Positions 13,075-28,200 of a stretch of 64,000 bases of DNA are shown in pieces. The notes beneath the pieces were generated by a model. It saw only the letters and a program-made list of their open reading frames with translations. It was not told the origin of the DNA and did not search any database. The position numbers and the translations under genes are program-made. Source of the DNA: Octopus sinensis (taxonomy: Eukaryota); NCBI RefSeq assembly GCF_006345805.1, contig NC_043006.1, positions 79,918,001 to 79,982,000 of the forward strand, in the 5' to 3' direction. Numbering within the stretch: position 1 is the stretch's first letter; every line of letters begins with the position of its first letter.

Positions 13075-13075
<1 letters not shown>
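11848..13075 (-). mobile_element. Penelope-like retroelement fragment: RT (YRDDG) + thumb + GIY-YIG endonuclease, frameshifted
   Basis: GGLYRDDGL...NFLGVTLDL...YPYHKPN..LRYIDINSNHP...WYNPP, then after a frameshift HFP..HKY..ILNKNTIRLSYS..PN...CNC...CPLNNNCL..YLVY...SYIGMTSNSFKTRWY. Flanked by (TA)n. Confidence 0.88.
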
Positions 13076-13125
<50 letters not shown>

Positions 13126-13243
13126 GTAGTAAACACATAAATGTGAAACAAGGTGGAAAAAAGAGTACTCAAATACCAGTGGTAGAGTAATATGCATAAT
13201 TTACAGCAGCAGAAAATTTGAATTTTCTGCTGCTTTAAATAAA

Positions 13244-13296
<53 letters not shown>

Positions 13297-13325
13297 AAAA
13301 TAAGCAACAAGAATGACTCCGGTGA

Positions 13326-13413
13326 TTTTGTACAAATGTTTCGCACTACAACATTTTATTAAAAGCTATAAGTATTGCAGCAGATTTAAGATGCCGAGTG
13401 CTCTTCAGCCAAT
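13326..13413 (-). ncRNA. Hammerhead ribozyme motif with long stem-II loop
   Basis: Minus strand CTGAAGA-gcact...agtgc-GAAAC-attt-GTA-caa. Stem I is weak. Confidence 0.55.
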
Positions 13414-14067
13414 TATATAGGTTTTCCAATAATATAAAAGAGTTCAAATCAAGTAGTAACATTTTAGAGAAGGTAAATATACAGATAAAGATGTAGATTT
13501 GAATTTTAAGAACATATGAGGTTATGAAGTTCAGTTGCTAACTGACCAAAACTCTGGTTGTATCTGACTGCTATAAGAATTTTTTTTTGTTTTAGGTTTA
13601 GGAATGAGGGTAGGGGAGGTCTCAGAATATGATAAAAGGAATTCAAGTTGGTTGTAGAAATGAGGTTAAGGAAGGTTTCAGAAAACCATAAAGGAATTCA
13701 AGTTACCACTAACAAAAAGCCAATTAATCCTATGTGGTGAGAAGAAACTAGGTCAGTGTCAAAAGGTCATTAATTTCTTTTACAGAGAGTAGGGAAAAAA
13801 AACCCATCACTTATTTTTAGTAGGCATAGTATTTTATAACTGGGGGAACAGCGTTAAATTTTAAAACTAGATTAGATTTAAGAAAAGTTCCAATTTCAAG
13901 ATTACAGTGAAGTTTTTCTAGTCATCTATGAAAGTTAAGTTAAAGGTTAGTATAGTATATTTCTTCTTATTATTATAATAAAAAGTTAAAATTTGAAAAA
14001 TATATAGGAATACTCATAATTTTTATTTAAAGTATTTAAACGTTCGAGTTGTGGAATGTATGCAAGA

Positions 14068-14626
14068 TTTTTGTGTCATTAATAAATGCTCGGATCCCAC
14101 TTAACTATGTATAAAACTAATTACTATATCAAAATCTGCTAATATTTTGAACTTTGTAAATATTATTGAATAGTAATATTAATCTATCCTTCATATTGAC
14201 TATTTCATATTTCCCTATAGTAATCGTTTAGTCCCAATATCGATTTGATATTTTGGTCTTTGTGTTTGCATCGTCTCTCTCCCTCTCGTCTCCCACAGAC
14301 TTCTTATATATGTATATGTCTCTCACTATGGGTGTGTATATATATATATATATATATATTAATGTTAATAATATATATATCAATATATATAATATATTCT
14401 TCACGGCCTTTCGAGACCGACAGAGACCTTGGATATGGATACGGATATCCATTTCCATGGTGTCTGATATGGTTCCGAAAGGCCGTGGAATTACGCCTGG
14501 AGAATTTGTGTGTAACCTGCTGATGGCGGTGTCGCATCTGCTGAGGCGGTGAAGGTCACACAGGAGTGGCAATCTTACATACTTGAAGATACTAAAGATT
14601 CTTATCCATACGTTAACGCTACTACT
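14068..14626 (+). repeat. Direct repeat copy 1 (~560 bp), paired with 18883-19462
   Basis: Near-identical sequence tttttgtgtcattaataaatg...ccatacgttaacgctactact in both places; contains a ~90-nt hairpin. Confidence 0.92.
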
Positions 14627-14654
14627 ACGTAGTGGTTTTCCTCTAATATGTGTA

Positions 14655-14767
<113 letters not shown>

Positions 14768-14776
14768 GTCTATCTG

Positions 14777-14873
<97 letters not shown>

Positions 14874-14930
14874 GTGTTCATTATATGAGTATATATATGT
14901 ATATATCTATATATAAACACGCATGTGTTC

Positions 14931-14991
<61 letters not shown>

Positions 14992-15325
14992 CGCACATAT
15001 ATATACATGTATACATATATATAATAAGGTAAGAAAATAGAAAATAATTAATTAATTATTGTTTACTAATTAAAATTGACAAGCATCCCTTTAAGCTGTT
15101 TCAATACACGACATTCAGAAAATTAATTAATAAAATTAAAAGTTATTTGAAAGTCGAATCTCACCTAAAATAATTTAAAATATACAAAATAGGTGTTTAA
15201 TTCCTGCACGTTGAGTAAACGGCTGCAAACTGCTAACTGATAAAATTTATTCATAAAGAACATAATGTAAAATATGGTATAGACCTTAGAAAGATGCATA
15301 TTGGAATTGTAAAGTAAGAATAGAT

Positions 15326-15387
<62 letters not shown>

Positions 15388-15774
15388 AGAGTAGATGTAT
15401 TGGTATAAATGTCATGTATTGTGATATTATGTCCATCCATATAAAATCAATAGAAAATTATTATGTAGAGTTTAATTCAAGTGTGTCTTAGTTATTATTA
15501 ATATTTAATTAAGGTGGAAGGTATTTCAGGCAATATATTACTTATTATAAATATCGAAAAGGTTAAAAGACTTATATGTTAATTTAATGCTAGGGTACAT
15601 AAAACTTTTTAAAATAAAACCAAGAATAAAGTAAAATAAATAAAAAAAAATTGAGTAAAAAGTAAAAATAGACGCAGTAAGAATAAATAAATAAATGTAT
15701 AAGACTTACAAAACATAGCCTTTTGTCCCTTAAAGAAATATTATTGAGCTAGAGTAAAAAAGATAAGATCTTTA

Positions 15775-16437
15775 TTGCAATCAGACCTGGACACAATGCA
15801 GCAGTGGATCATGGACTGGCAACTCAAGCTGGCTGTGGACAAATGTACCACCATGCATTCCGGGAGGAAAAACGCAGCGTCTACTTACTCCCTCCACAAC
15901 ACTAATCTCAAAAAGTCTTCTTGTGAACGTAACCAGGACATTATTGTCGACAGCGATTTGCGTTGGACAAAGAACATTGCTAAAATTGCCAAGAAGGCTG
16001 AGGGTGTCTTGGCATTACTTACTAAGTCCTTTGCGAGCCGCTCTCCGGCTATCTGCGGCTTTATATAGCTATGGCGCGACCTCACCTGGAATTTGCATCA
16101 CCGGTCTGGAACCCCTATCTTGCCCAGGATATTAATCGTCTGGAAACCATTCAGCGACGTGCAACCAAGAGAATACCCTCCATCAGGCATTTGCCATGTT
16201 CTGAACGCCTTACTTCCCTGGGCATGGATACATTGAAACTCCGACGCCTGGCAGCTGACTTGGTAGACACCCATAAAATTATTAACCATGTTACAAACAA
16301 TAACTCTGAGCACCTTTTCAAACTCCACCTGTCTAACACCCGTAGACATGTTTACAAAGTCAGAAAACAGCACAGCTCCCATGATTTTCGGAAACATTTT
16401 TCACGCTAAGAGTTGCTGAAGTATGGAACAAACTGCT
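15775..16437 (+). mobile_element. CR1-clade LINE, 5'-truncated RT C-terminal fragment (frameshifted)
   Basis: LQSDLD..QQW..DWQLKL..DKC..MH.G...RPHLEFASPVWNPYL..DI..LE.IQRRATK...ERL..LG..TL..RRL..DL...RKHFF.LRV.EVWNKL. Confidence 0.88.
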
Positions 16438-17004
16438 AAGAACCTAACTAACCTAACCTCTCTAGAAATAAAGATAATTTTTAATGCCCCCCAAACCCTT
16501 ATTTCTTTTGAGGACAAGCTCTGGTGCCGAGCCAATTTAGCGGTATTTATTGCGTCTTTACGTTCTGAGTTCAAATTCCGCAGAGGTCGATTTTTGCCTT
16601 TCATCCTTTCAAGGTCGATAAATTCAGTACCAGTTTCGTACTGGGGTTGATCTAATCGACTGATGCCCTTCCCCTCAAATTTCAGGCCTCGTTCCTTGAG
16701 TAGAAAATGATAAAATAAACACCAGTGGGTCACTAGGGTCTATGTAGTCGACTTACTTCTGTCCCGAAATTGCTAGTATTGTACTAAAATTTAAAATAAA
16801 TATTTCTACAACTATTGATAGAAAAGATTTTTGTGATCAGAATTGACATTATTAATCATGTCAGAAGAATAGCAGTTCTGGAGATACGAATAATGTCGTT
16901 TAAATGTGTAATGTATGCGAGCGTAAGTTGTAAACTCTGGTAGACTGTAAACCACAGTAAATACTCAAAGGATGGACTTTTGTGAGGATCCATTTTATTG
17001 TCGA

Positions 17005-18126
17005 CTAGCAGTATATCCCGGCTTTGCTCGGGATTAAGTTAGGATTATTAAGCTAATCAAGCTCTTTATTTCAAAGCAAACTAAGTAACATCGACGTCAA
17101 ATTTGAGTGAAATCCGTTGAAATTGGTAAACTTTTGGCTGAAATTTTGCAGACAATTTGATTGGGAAATCCCATAAGGAATCGGTTTATCGATTTTTTCC
17201 ACTCATCGATTGTTTTATTTTCGTTTTTTGGAGAACTTAAAACATTCAAAGACCCCATGAGTCCTAAGTAATGCTGGCATCAAGTTTGAACAGAATACAT
17301 CAAAATTGGTAGACGTTATGGTTGAAAACATGGACAGTTTCGAAACATTGTTTACAAAATGCAAATTTGTAAACACCCAGACGTAAGTTTTGTGAGCGGA
17401 AAAGAGGGGGCCTACCTTCTTCCACAGAGATATGAGAGTCAGATCTCTTCTTTCGAAAACATAAACAGTTTCGAAACATTGTTTACAAAATAATAGCTGA
17501 TCGTTTGCGAAGGAGCGTGTCTACAGTCAACACGTAGGTCTTTTGCTCTGGTAACCTCTACTCTCTCCCATGTTCATGCACGTCCAGTTATATATCGCTA
17601 TGAGTAGATCAACGGATTCAGCTAATTTGGAAATTAGTTGTGGAGAAACGGAGAATATCATTTATATTGTGTGTGTGTATATATATAATTATATATATAT
17701 ATATACACGGGCAACACACACACACACACACATTGCATACATGTGTTTTGTACGCATACATGTTCATGTGTGTGTGTGCGTGTGTGTGTGTGTGTGTGTG
17801 TATGTGTGTGTGTGTGTGTGTGTGTGAATCAAGCCTCTCCCTCCATCTCTTTACACCGTACCTAGAAGGGTACTTAACTCATGTTTGTATAAACAATGGT
17901 GGATTTCTCCGCTGTGAAAATTGTTAAGTTATGGTCGAAAATTAATTTTTATTGCTATTCACTGGTGCCTCGGGGGAAAATAATTTGACGAAAATACAGC
18001 TAGAGTCGTGCCGAATGTCCTCCTAAAATTGGAGAGACATGCGTGCTAATTTGTGGATGTGCATAATTTACATTCACGTACACACACACACTCACACACA
18101 CATCATGCCTTTTATATATATACAGA
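17005..18126 (-). mobile_element. Non-autonomous Helitron
   Basis: On the minus strand: A|TCTGTATATATATAAAAGG 5' end, and a 3' end with cccg-agcaaagc-cggg hairpin followed by CTAG|T. No TSD. Empty site at ~38594 and ~49294. Internal Pif1-like helicase scrap (FMHVQLYIAMSRS). Confidence 0.85.
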
Positions 18127-18882
18127 TTACTGCTGCCTATGATGTAAGATTTGAAAATTGTAGTGGAACCATAAAGAATAAAAGAAAAAAAATCAACTTT
18201 GAAGCATTTTAAAACAGATCGATGGTTATGAGAATTTGAGCTTGTATATTGAAATATGTTGTGATTTATTCATATGTGAACAAAAAAATACTAAAATGGC
18301 GAATATGGAGTTTGGTCTAGATACTTTGTTAATCTTCTTCAGAAAGTTTAATCAGAAGAAGCCGCTGTGCCTTTTTGGATCGCAAATGTATAAAACTAGT
18401 TGGCACTGTGCCGTCAAAACTGACGGTTGATTGTAGTATTTTATATATTAATATGGATGGTAAATCAAATTAATATACTTGTCAATGTTATCTAGTGGTT
18501 GTCTTTTGAGATGTGACATCGGTCAACGTTTGTAACTAAAAGAACGCTGGTTTACACATACAAACATTTACATACTTCCCTTGTACACGCACTTATATAT
18601 ACACATATACTCACACAGAGTTGAAACGTTGTTTGATTTTTTTTTCATCGTTGAATGTTCACCATCACACTTCCATTCCACACACACACATTCACACGCA
18701 CATTCACATTCTTCCCTTTTACATACACATTTACTCAGAGTTGAAACGCTCCCACTACCAGTTTGCCATCACCGCTTCCTTCCTTATTGATCTATCACAC
18801 CTTCCTTCCTACTTTATATGTTGTGGCGAGTATTGTTATAGTAGAAGATAGGGTTCCAAGCAGTTTAAGAAAGAGAAAAAAG

Positions 18883-19151
18883 TTTTTGTGTCATTAATAA
18901 ATGTTCGGATCCCACTTAACTATGTATAAAACTAATTACTATATCAAAAGTTGCTAACATTTTGAACTTTGTAAATATTATTGAATAGTAATGTTAATCT
19001 ATCCTTCATATTGACTATTTCATATTTCCCTATAGTAATCGTTTAGTCCCAATATCGATTTGATATTTTGGTCTTTGTTTGCATCGTCTCTCTCCCTCTC
19101 GTCTCCTACACACTTCTTATATATGTATATGTCTCTCACTATGGGTGTATA

Positions 19152-19184
<33 letters not shown>

Positions 19185-19462
19185 TAATGTTAATAATATA
19201 TATATCAATATATATAATATATTCTTCACGGCCTTTCGAGACCGACAGAGACCTTGGATATGGATACGGATATCCATTTCCATGGTGTCTGATATGGTCC
19301 CGAAAGGCCATGGAATTACCCCTGGAGAATTTGTGTGTAACCTGCTGATGGCGGTGTCGCATCTGCTGAGGCTGTGAAGGTCACACAGGAGTGGCAATCT
19401 TACATACAGCAACTGCATTTGAAGATGCTAAAGGTTCTTATCCATACGTTAACGCTACTACT
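18883..19462 (+). repeat. Direct repeat copy 2, paired with 14068-14626
   Basis: Near-identical to 14068-14626. Confidence 0.92.
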
Positions 19463-20732
19463 TGTTTCAGTTAAGGGACAGCGACTATGCAGGAGCAACG
19501 CTTTGAAATGTTTAGTTCAGAGGTCACCAAATGTTTTCGGCCATCCACCCCTTTTAACCATTTCACCTTCCGCATCGACCCCCTTTAATCACTTCTCCTT
19601 CCGTATCTATTACCTTCCTCATTTAAAATATCTTAATAGCCTATCTCACCCTACCATATCTTAAATTTGTACCGGGTACTGATGCTGGCAATAAAAATGT
19701 TAGCTAAAATATACATGTACGACAAATAAAGAAATTCCATTGAAAATGACACACCCTTTTTATTTTAAACTACGTATACTAGTATACTGTATTAAACTTT
19801 CAATTGTTATGAAAATGCCCTCACGGTTAGAAAATGTGAAAAGTAATAATAAAATTTTTTTGTCATAGAGCATTTCAGAATTTGTTATTCTGGGCTTTCA
19901 GACTTTGAAACTTTTTGTATTCTGATTTTTATATCATTAGAAAATGTGAAAAATGCATCATATTACAAGAATAACGTTTATTGAAATTGACAGCATCAAT
20001 TTGAGGGACGAGCATGGCTCTGATTAAGTATTTCAAATAGTTAATCTCGGTGAGCTGGTCTTTCGCACATCGACCCCTTTTCGACTACTTGGCTATCAGC
20101 AACCCCATTTAATTACTCGCCGACCTCTAGGGGGTTCCTCGGACCCCGTTTGGCGACCTCTGGCTTAGTCGAACAAATGGACCCTAGTACGTGATTTAAG
20201 TCTGCTACTTATTTTATGCGTCTCTTGTGTCAAACAGCTAAGTAATGGGGATGTAAACAAACCACCACCAAATTCCAAGTGGTGGTGGTCGACAAACAGA
20301 CATACAAAGACATACACATACATAAACACGTAATTCTTAGATATATTTTTTGGGAACATCTCGAAGCGCACACAAAGTAATAGCGTGTGTGGGATTACAT
20401 GCTAATATTCAACGCGGTATTTATATTATTATTTGTAGTTTTTTGCGTTTGCTTCGAGATATTCCAAAAGAGAATTATTCCATTTTCTCTTGAAAGTTTA
20501 TGAATTCTTATAACGTCAACAATATCGGATCTGTACATTATACACACACACACATATACATACATACATACATAGATACATGCATACATACATACACACA
20601 CACACACACACGCACGCACACGCACATGTATATATATACATACATACACACACACACACAGACGCGTACACGTCTAATTTTATGAGGACAACCTGTGTAC
20701 AGTTCTGCAAATTATATTGAATTAGAACAGTC

Positions 20733-20793
20733 GTACTGAGGAGCCACAGACGTTGTTACGTAAGTAAATTCGTTAATGGCGAAATTAGTCTAC
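20733..20793 (+). ncRNA. Hammerhead ribozyme motif (slightly degenerate)
   Basis: gta-CTGAGGA-gcca...tggc-GAAATta-GTC-tac: stem I gta/tac, stem II gcca/tggc. Stem III is probably derived from palindromic actagt. Confidence 0.6.
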
Positions 20794-21046
20794 AATTAAT
20801 TCTTTATTTTGTATATTTTCATTTGTCTTACCCGCTTATGTCCTGGTGTTCGCTGAACATTCTTTTCCTTTGTGGCTAGATCGTAGGTGATCTATTTCTA
20901 GCATATTGGATGTCCTCTTAGTGGTCATCCCTTCTTAAACGCATGTAATACAATGTTTCTGAATTTTCAGATTTTTCTATATGCTAGGCCACTGGTTTTA
21001 AATTGATGTTAATTAAATTAATATTCAATTTATCACCCTCATTATT

Positions 21047-21112
<66 letters not shown>

Positions 21113-21300
21113 AATAAGAAAATGGAGAAACAATTTAGTTGGTTCATCAGCTTTCGGATATTAGAATGTTGACTTATTTATTCATTTAAGAAAAACGAGA
21201 ACCTTAATAACATACATATACACATTATAATTCAATACATATAAGATAAGAATACAATTATAAAAATCTTAATATAAATTAGTGACATCATTAAAATCAC

Positions 21301-21426
21301 TCTTACAGCTGTTTCAGCCTATGGAAAAAAGTAGTTTTTCTTCAGTGCCTATAGTTGTCAATTATATTGAGGTTGTAGTCATTTAAAAAAAGGTTACTTA
21401 TATATAACCATAGACCTCGTCAGAGA
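21301..21426 (-). ncRNA. Hammerhead ribozyme motif with long stem-II insert
   Basis: Minus strand tct-CTGACGA-ggtctatgg...ccataggct-GAAAC-agct-GTA-aga. 9-bp stem II including GU pairs; palindromic stem III. Confidence 0.68.
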
Positions 21427-21719
21427 TTATAAAGATCTTTAAAAATATGAATACATGAAACAAGAAACACGTACAATTTAATATATATAAATATAAACAA
21501 ATATCCATATACACATACACATATACATATACACATATATATATATACGTACAAAAGCAAAGTATATATGTGTATAAATACATAAATAAGCACAATTAAA
21601 CAATAGGTCCAAGGAAATAGACAATTCGTCATATACATATATATATACATATATACTGGAACATATACATAACATATACATAACATAACTACATAAACAA
21701 TAATCAATTATTACTAATA

Positions 21720-21750
<31 letters not shown>

Positions 21751-21752
21751 TA

Positions 21753-21821
<69 letters not shown>

Positions 21822-21977
21822 TTATCAATAATAACAATATTATTAGATTTAGAGTAATCTTCATTTCACAATACATATCATAGTAGATTCCAATATATCA
21901 TATATTACGATACTATATAAACAATTTTTACGGTAGATTTAATTTTATAAATTTTAAATCCACAATCCATACAAACA

Positions 21978-24423
<2,446 letters not shown>

Positions 24424-24724
24424 ATATAAAATACAGTTAGACCAGGGTTGTTACAATATTGTTCTTCATGCACACAAGTCCATGCGTATGGGTAACAAAT
24501 AGAAGCAAGATTTACATATATATACATACGTACTAATATACACCAATATCCACCAGAGGATTTTTTTCTTTTCATCACAGTTAAATTATACTTATATGTA
24601 TATGTTTATCCATCGAATTAATATGGTTTCACAGAATATTTTTACAGAATATTTCATAATAATAAACCATTTGTTAAGATATAATAGATAAGCTACAAGA
24701 GCCATGTTATATATATATTACTCA

Positions 24725-25112
24725 TTTATTCTGTTACTTGTTTCAGTCATTTGGCTGCGACGATGCTGGAGCATCGCCTTTAGTCGAGCAAATCGACTCC
24801 AGAGCTTATTCTCTGTAAGCCTAATACTTATTCTATCGGTCTCTTTTGCCGAACCGCTAAATTACGGGGACATAAACACATCAGCATCGGTTGTCAAGCG
24901 ATGTTGGGGGAACAAACACAGACACACAAACGTATACACACACATACATATATATACACATATACAACGAGCTTTTTCCAGTTTCCGTCTACCAAATCCA
25001 CTCACAAGGCTTTGGTCAGCCCGAAGCTATAGTAGAAGACACTTGTCCAAAGTGCCACGCAGCGGGACTGAATCCGGGACCATGTGGCTGGTAAACAAGC
25101 TACATACCACAC
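24725..25112 (-). mobile_element. SINE family A, near full length
   Basis: Reverse complement of 47757-48155 (tRNA-like head tgtgtggta...ggattcagtccc, central TA/CA tract, gactgaaacaag tail). Confidence 0.82.
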
Positions 25113-25136
25113 ATTCGGATGCGTGGCGTTCAATCA

Positions 25137-25198
<62 letters not shown>

Positions 25199-25203
25199 TA
25201 ATA

Positions 25204-28200
25204 TTAGACCAGGGATGGAGAGGAACACCAGGGACGGAGAGGAACGCCGGGGACGAGAGGAACACCGGGGACGTTTAACATGAGAGAACGATAAAACAGT
25301 GCTCCGAAATCTATCCACAAACATCGAAAACAAAGACGTCGTATGGAGCCAAAAATTAACTGACAAAGGATTGGACTGTAACCGAGTAAGTAATACTCAT
25401 TGAAATTTATTACTATTTTCGAAACGAAATGATGTATTTTAACTCGATATCATCTCCACCTCTAACACAACACATGTAAACATGCGTGATACATTACGAT
25501 CCATCAACACCAGATCATCTCCGGCCCCAAACACCATGTACAAAAAACTACGAAGAAATTAAATAATACCGGTATTATTCAACCCAAGAATAACAATCGG
25601 GAAGTACGTACTTTAAACTTACAACATAAAATGTACGAAAAACTACACGTGCAAAACAATGTGACAACAGAAATGAACGAACCGGTACCCTACGAAAATG
25701 ACGACCGTCAAAATAATGGGCCGGACGTTGTTCCTCACGTCCCGCAAATAAAACCTCAAAGACATAAATGGATACGTGAGGAATACATTTCTATCCTACA
25801 CGCTCACTTTACAGCAGTGCTCTACCCAAAGAATGAAAATACAACAACACATACATATAAAATATGGAAGGAAAATAATATAAATATAGACTTGGATACA
25901 ACAATGAACCCTAATAAACTAGCTAACGTACGAAGATATATTCTCAACGCAAAAAAATATCAGAAATAGAAATAGAACATTTAAAAGAAAAAATACACCA
26001 GGAAAATGTAGATAGAAGCCACACAACAATGCCCAATAATATAAACACTGAAACAGTAAAACACGAAGACAAACGTAACATTTCCAACAAAAGCGATGTA
26101 AACAAAAAAACAAACCCAGACTGTAAGGATACATAATAATACACGACAAATGCCCAATAATATAAACACTAATACACAACAATGCCCAATAATATAAACA
26201 CTGAAACAGTAAAACACGAAGACAAACGTAACATTTCCAACAAAAGCGATGTAAACAAAAAACAACAAACCCAGACTGTAAGGATACATAATAATACACG
26301 ACAAACAGGAAGCCAAAACACAACAGACAAACATACGAACGTGAAAAAAAGCGACACAAATCTAAAACCTGAAAACAACGAAGGGGAGCCTAATGATTAT
26401 GAAACTATAATGATTATTCTACTATAAAAAGTAGAATAATCAAAGAACTGAAAAACACAGATCTCAAGATGGACCACCGACCATACCTCCCAAAAATCAA
26501 AATAGACAAAACAACAACATCAATTATAAACAGCATAAACCTAGCCATCACAGAACTAATAGCCACTGAAACAAATAGCGACATCACTGAGCTAAATGAC
26601 TTAGTATACGCAGCAGCCACTGTAGCCATAAAAGAAGCAGGATACTCCCTCAAACCCATACAAACAGGAGTACCACCACCCAAACAAGCCCTGTGGATAA
26701 ATAACATCCAAAAGAAAATACAAAAAATGAGAAAAAATCTGTCGGTTCTTAACGAAATCAGTAGACAATCAACGTTACTAAGCAACAAAAAGAAAACAAA
26801 AATACTCCGAAAATACAACATCACAGAAAAAGATTTACCTGAGATAAAAGAAAAGCTAAAGCAAGATATCCTTGCCAAAGCACAAAGGATCCGCCGGTAC
26901 GAGAAACGCCAACGTTTCTTTGAACAAAACAAACAGTTCAACTCCAATCTCCAAAAGTTCTACCAAGAACTTGGCAAAAATAAAATAGAAATCACTGCAG
27001 CACCAACGGCAGAAGAAGTGGAAGAATTATGGAGAGAAATATGGTCGGCGAACGAACAACAAAAAGAGGAGTATTAAAACAACAAACTCAGCATCTGAGC
27101 AACTTTGGACCCCCATAACAACTGAAGAGGTCACGCAGGCACTGCAAAGACTAAGCAACTGGAAGGCACCTGGGCATGACAAGATCCCCAACGTCTGGTT
27201 GAAATATCTAACAGGAATGCACAAAAAGCTGACTGAAAACTTTAACAACATACTGGCAGAGCCAGAGACAATGCCTGAATGGCTCACGAAAGGGAAAACC
27301 ATCTTAATTCCCAAATCAAATGAGACAGCAAAACCAGAAAACTACAGACCTATAACCTGTCTCCCTACAATGTACAAAGAATTTACTGCAGTAATATCAC
27401 AACGATTAAACAAGCACCTGGACGAAAACAACCTGTTTCCAGAAGAGCAGAAAGGATGCCGCAAAGGCTCATACGGCTGTAAAGATCAGCTAATGATTAC
27501 TAAAGCCATAACTGAAGACAGCCACAGAAAGAAGAAAGGCCTCAGTTTGGCATGGATCGACTACAGAAAGGCGTTTGATAGCATCCCCCACACATGGATC
27601 CTCGAAACAGTAGCCATTAACAAAGTAGCACCAACAATTATAAAATACACTCTATGAATAAATGGCAAACAGTGCTACAGCTCCAAACAAAAAAGGGACT
27701 CATGAAAACCAAAGCCATCCCCATTAGAAGAGGAATATTCCAGGGAGACACGCTCTCTCCACTCCTTTTCTGCTTGGCACTATCACCTCTATCTGATATG
27801 CTAAATAGAACTGGATGCGGATATAAATGTTACGGCAAAACGATCAGCCACCTTTTATATATGGATGACCTAAAACTATACGCTGCAAATAACAAACAGC
27901 TGGAAACACTATTAAAGACAGTTCATGGATTTACCAAAGAAATAGATATGAAATTTGGATTAGAAAAGTGCGCCAAAGTAACCCTGAAAAGAGGAAAACT
28001 AGTTAAGAGTAGCAACATCACACTAGATAAAATCAATGAAATAAAAGAATTAGACCAAAGCCAAACTTACAAATACTTAGGAATCCATGAACTAGATAAG
28101 ACACAACACACACAAATGAAAGAGATGATAAAAAAGTATATTATAGACGAGTTAGATCAATACCAAAAACAGAGCTCAATGCTAAAATCAAGATAATAGG

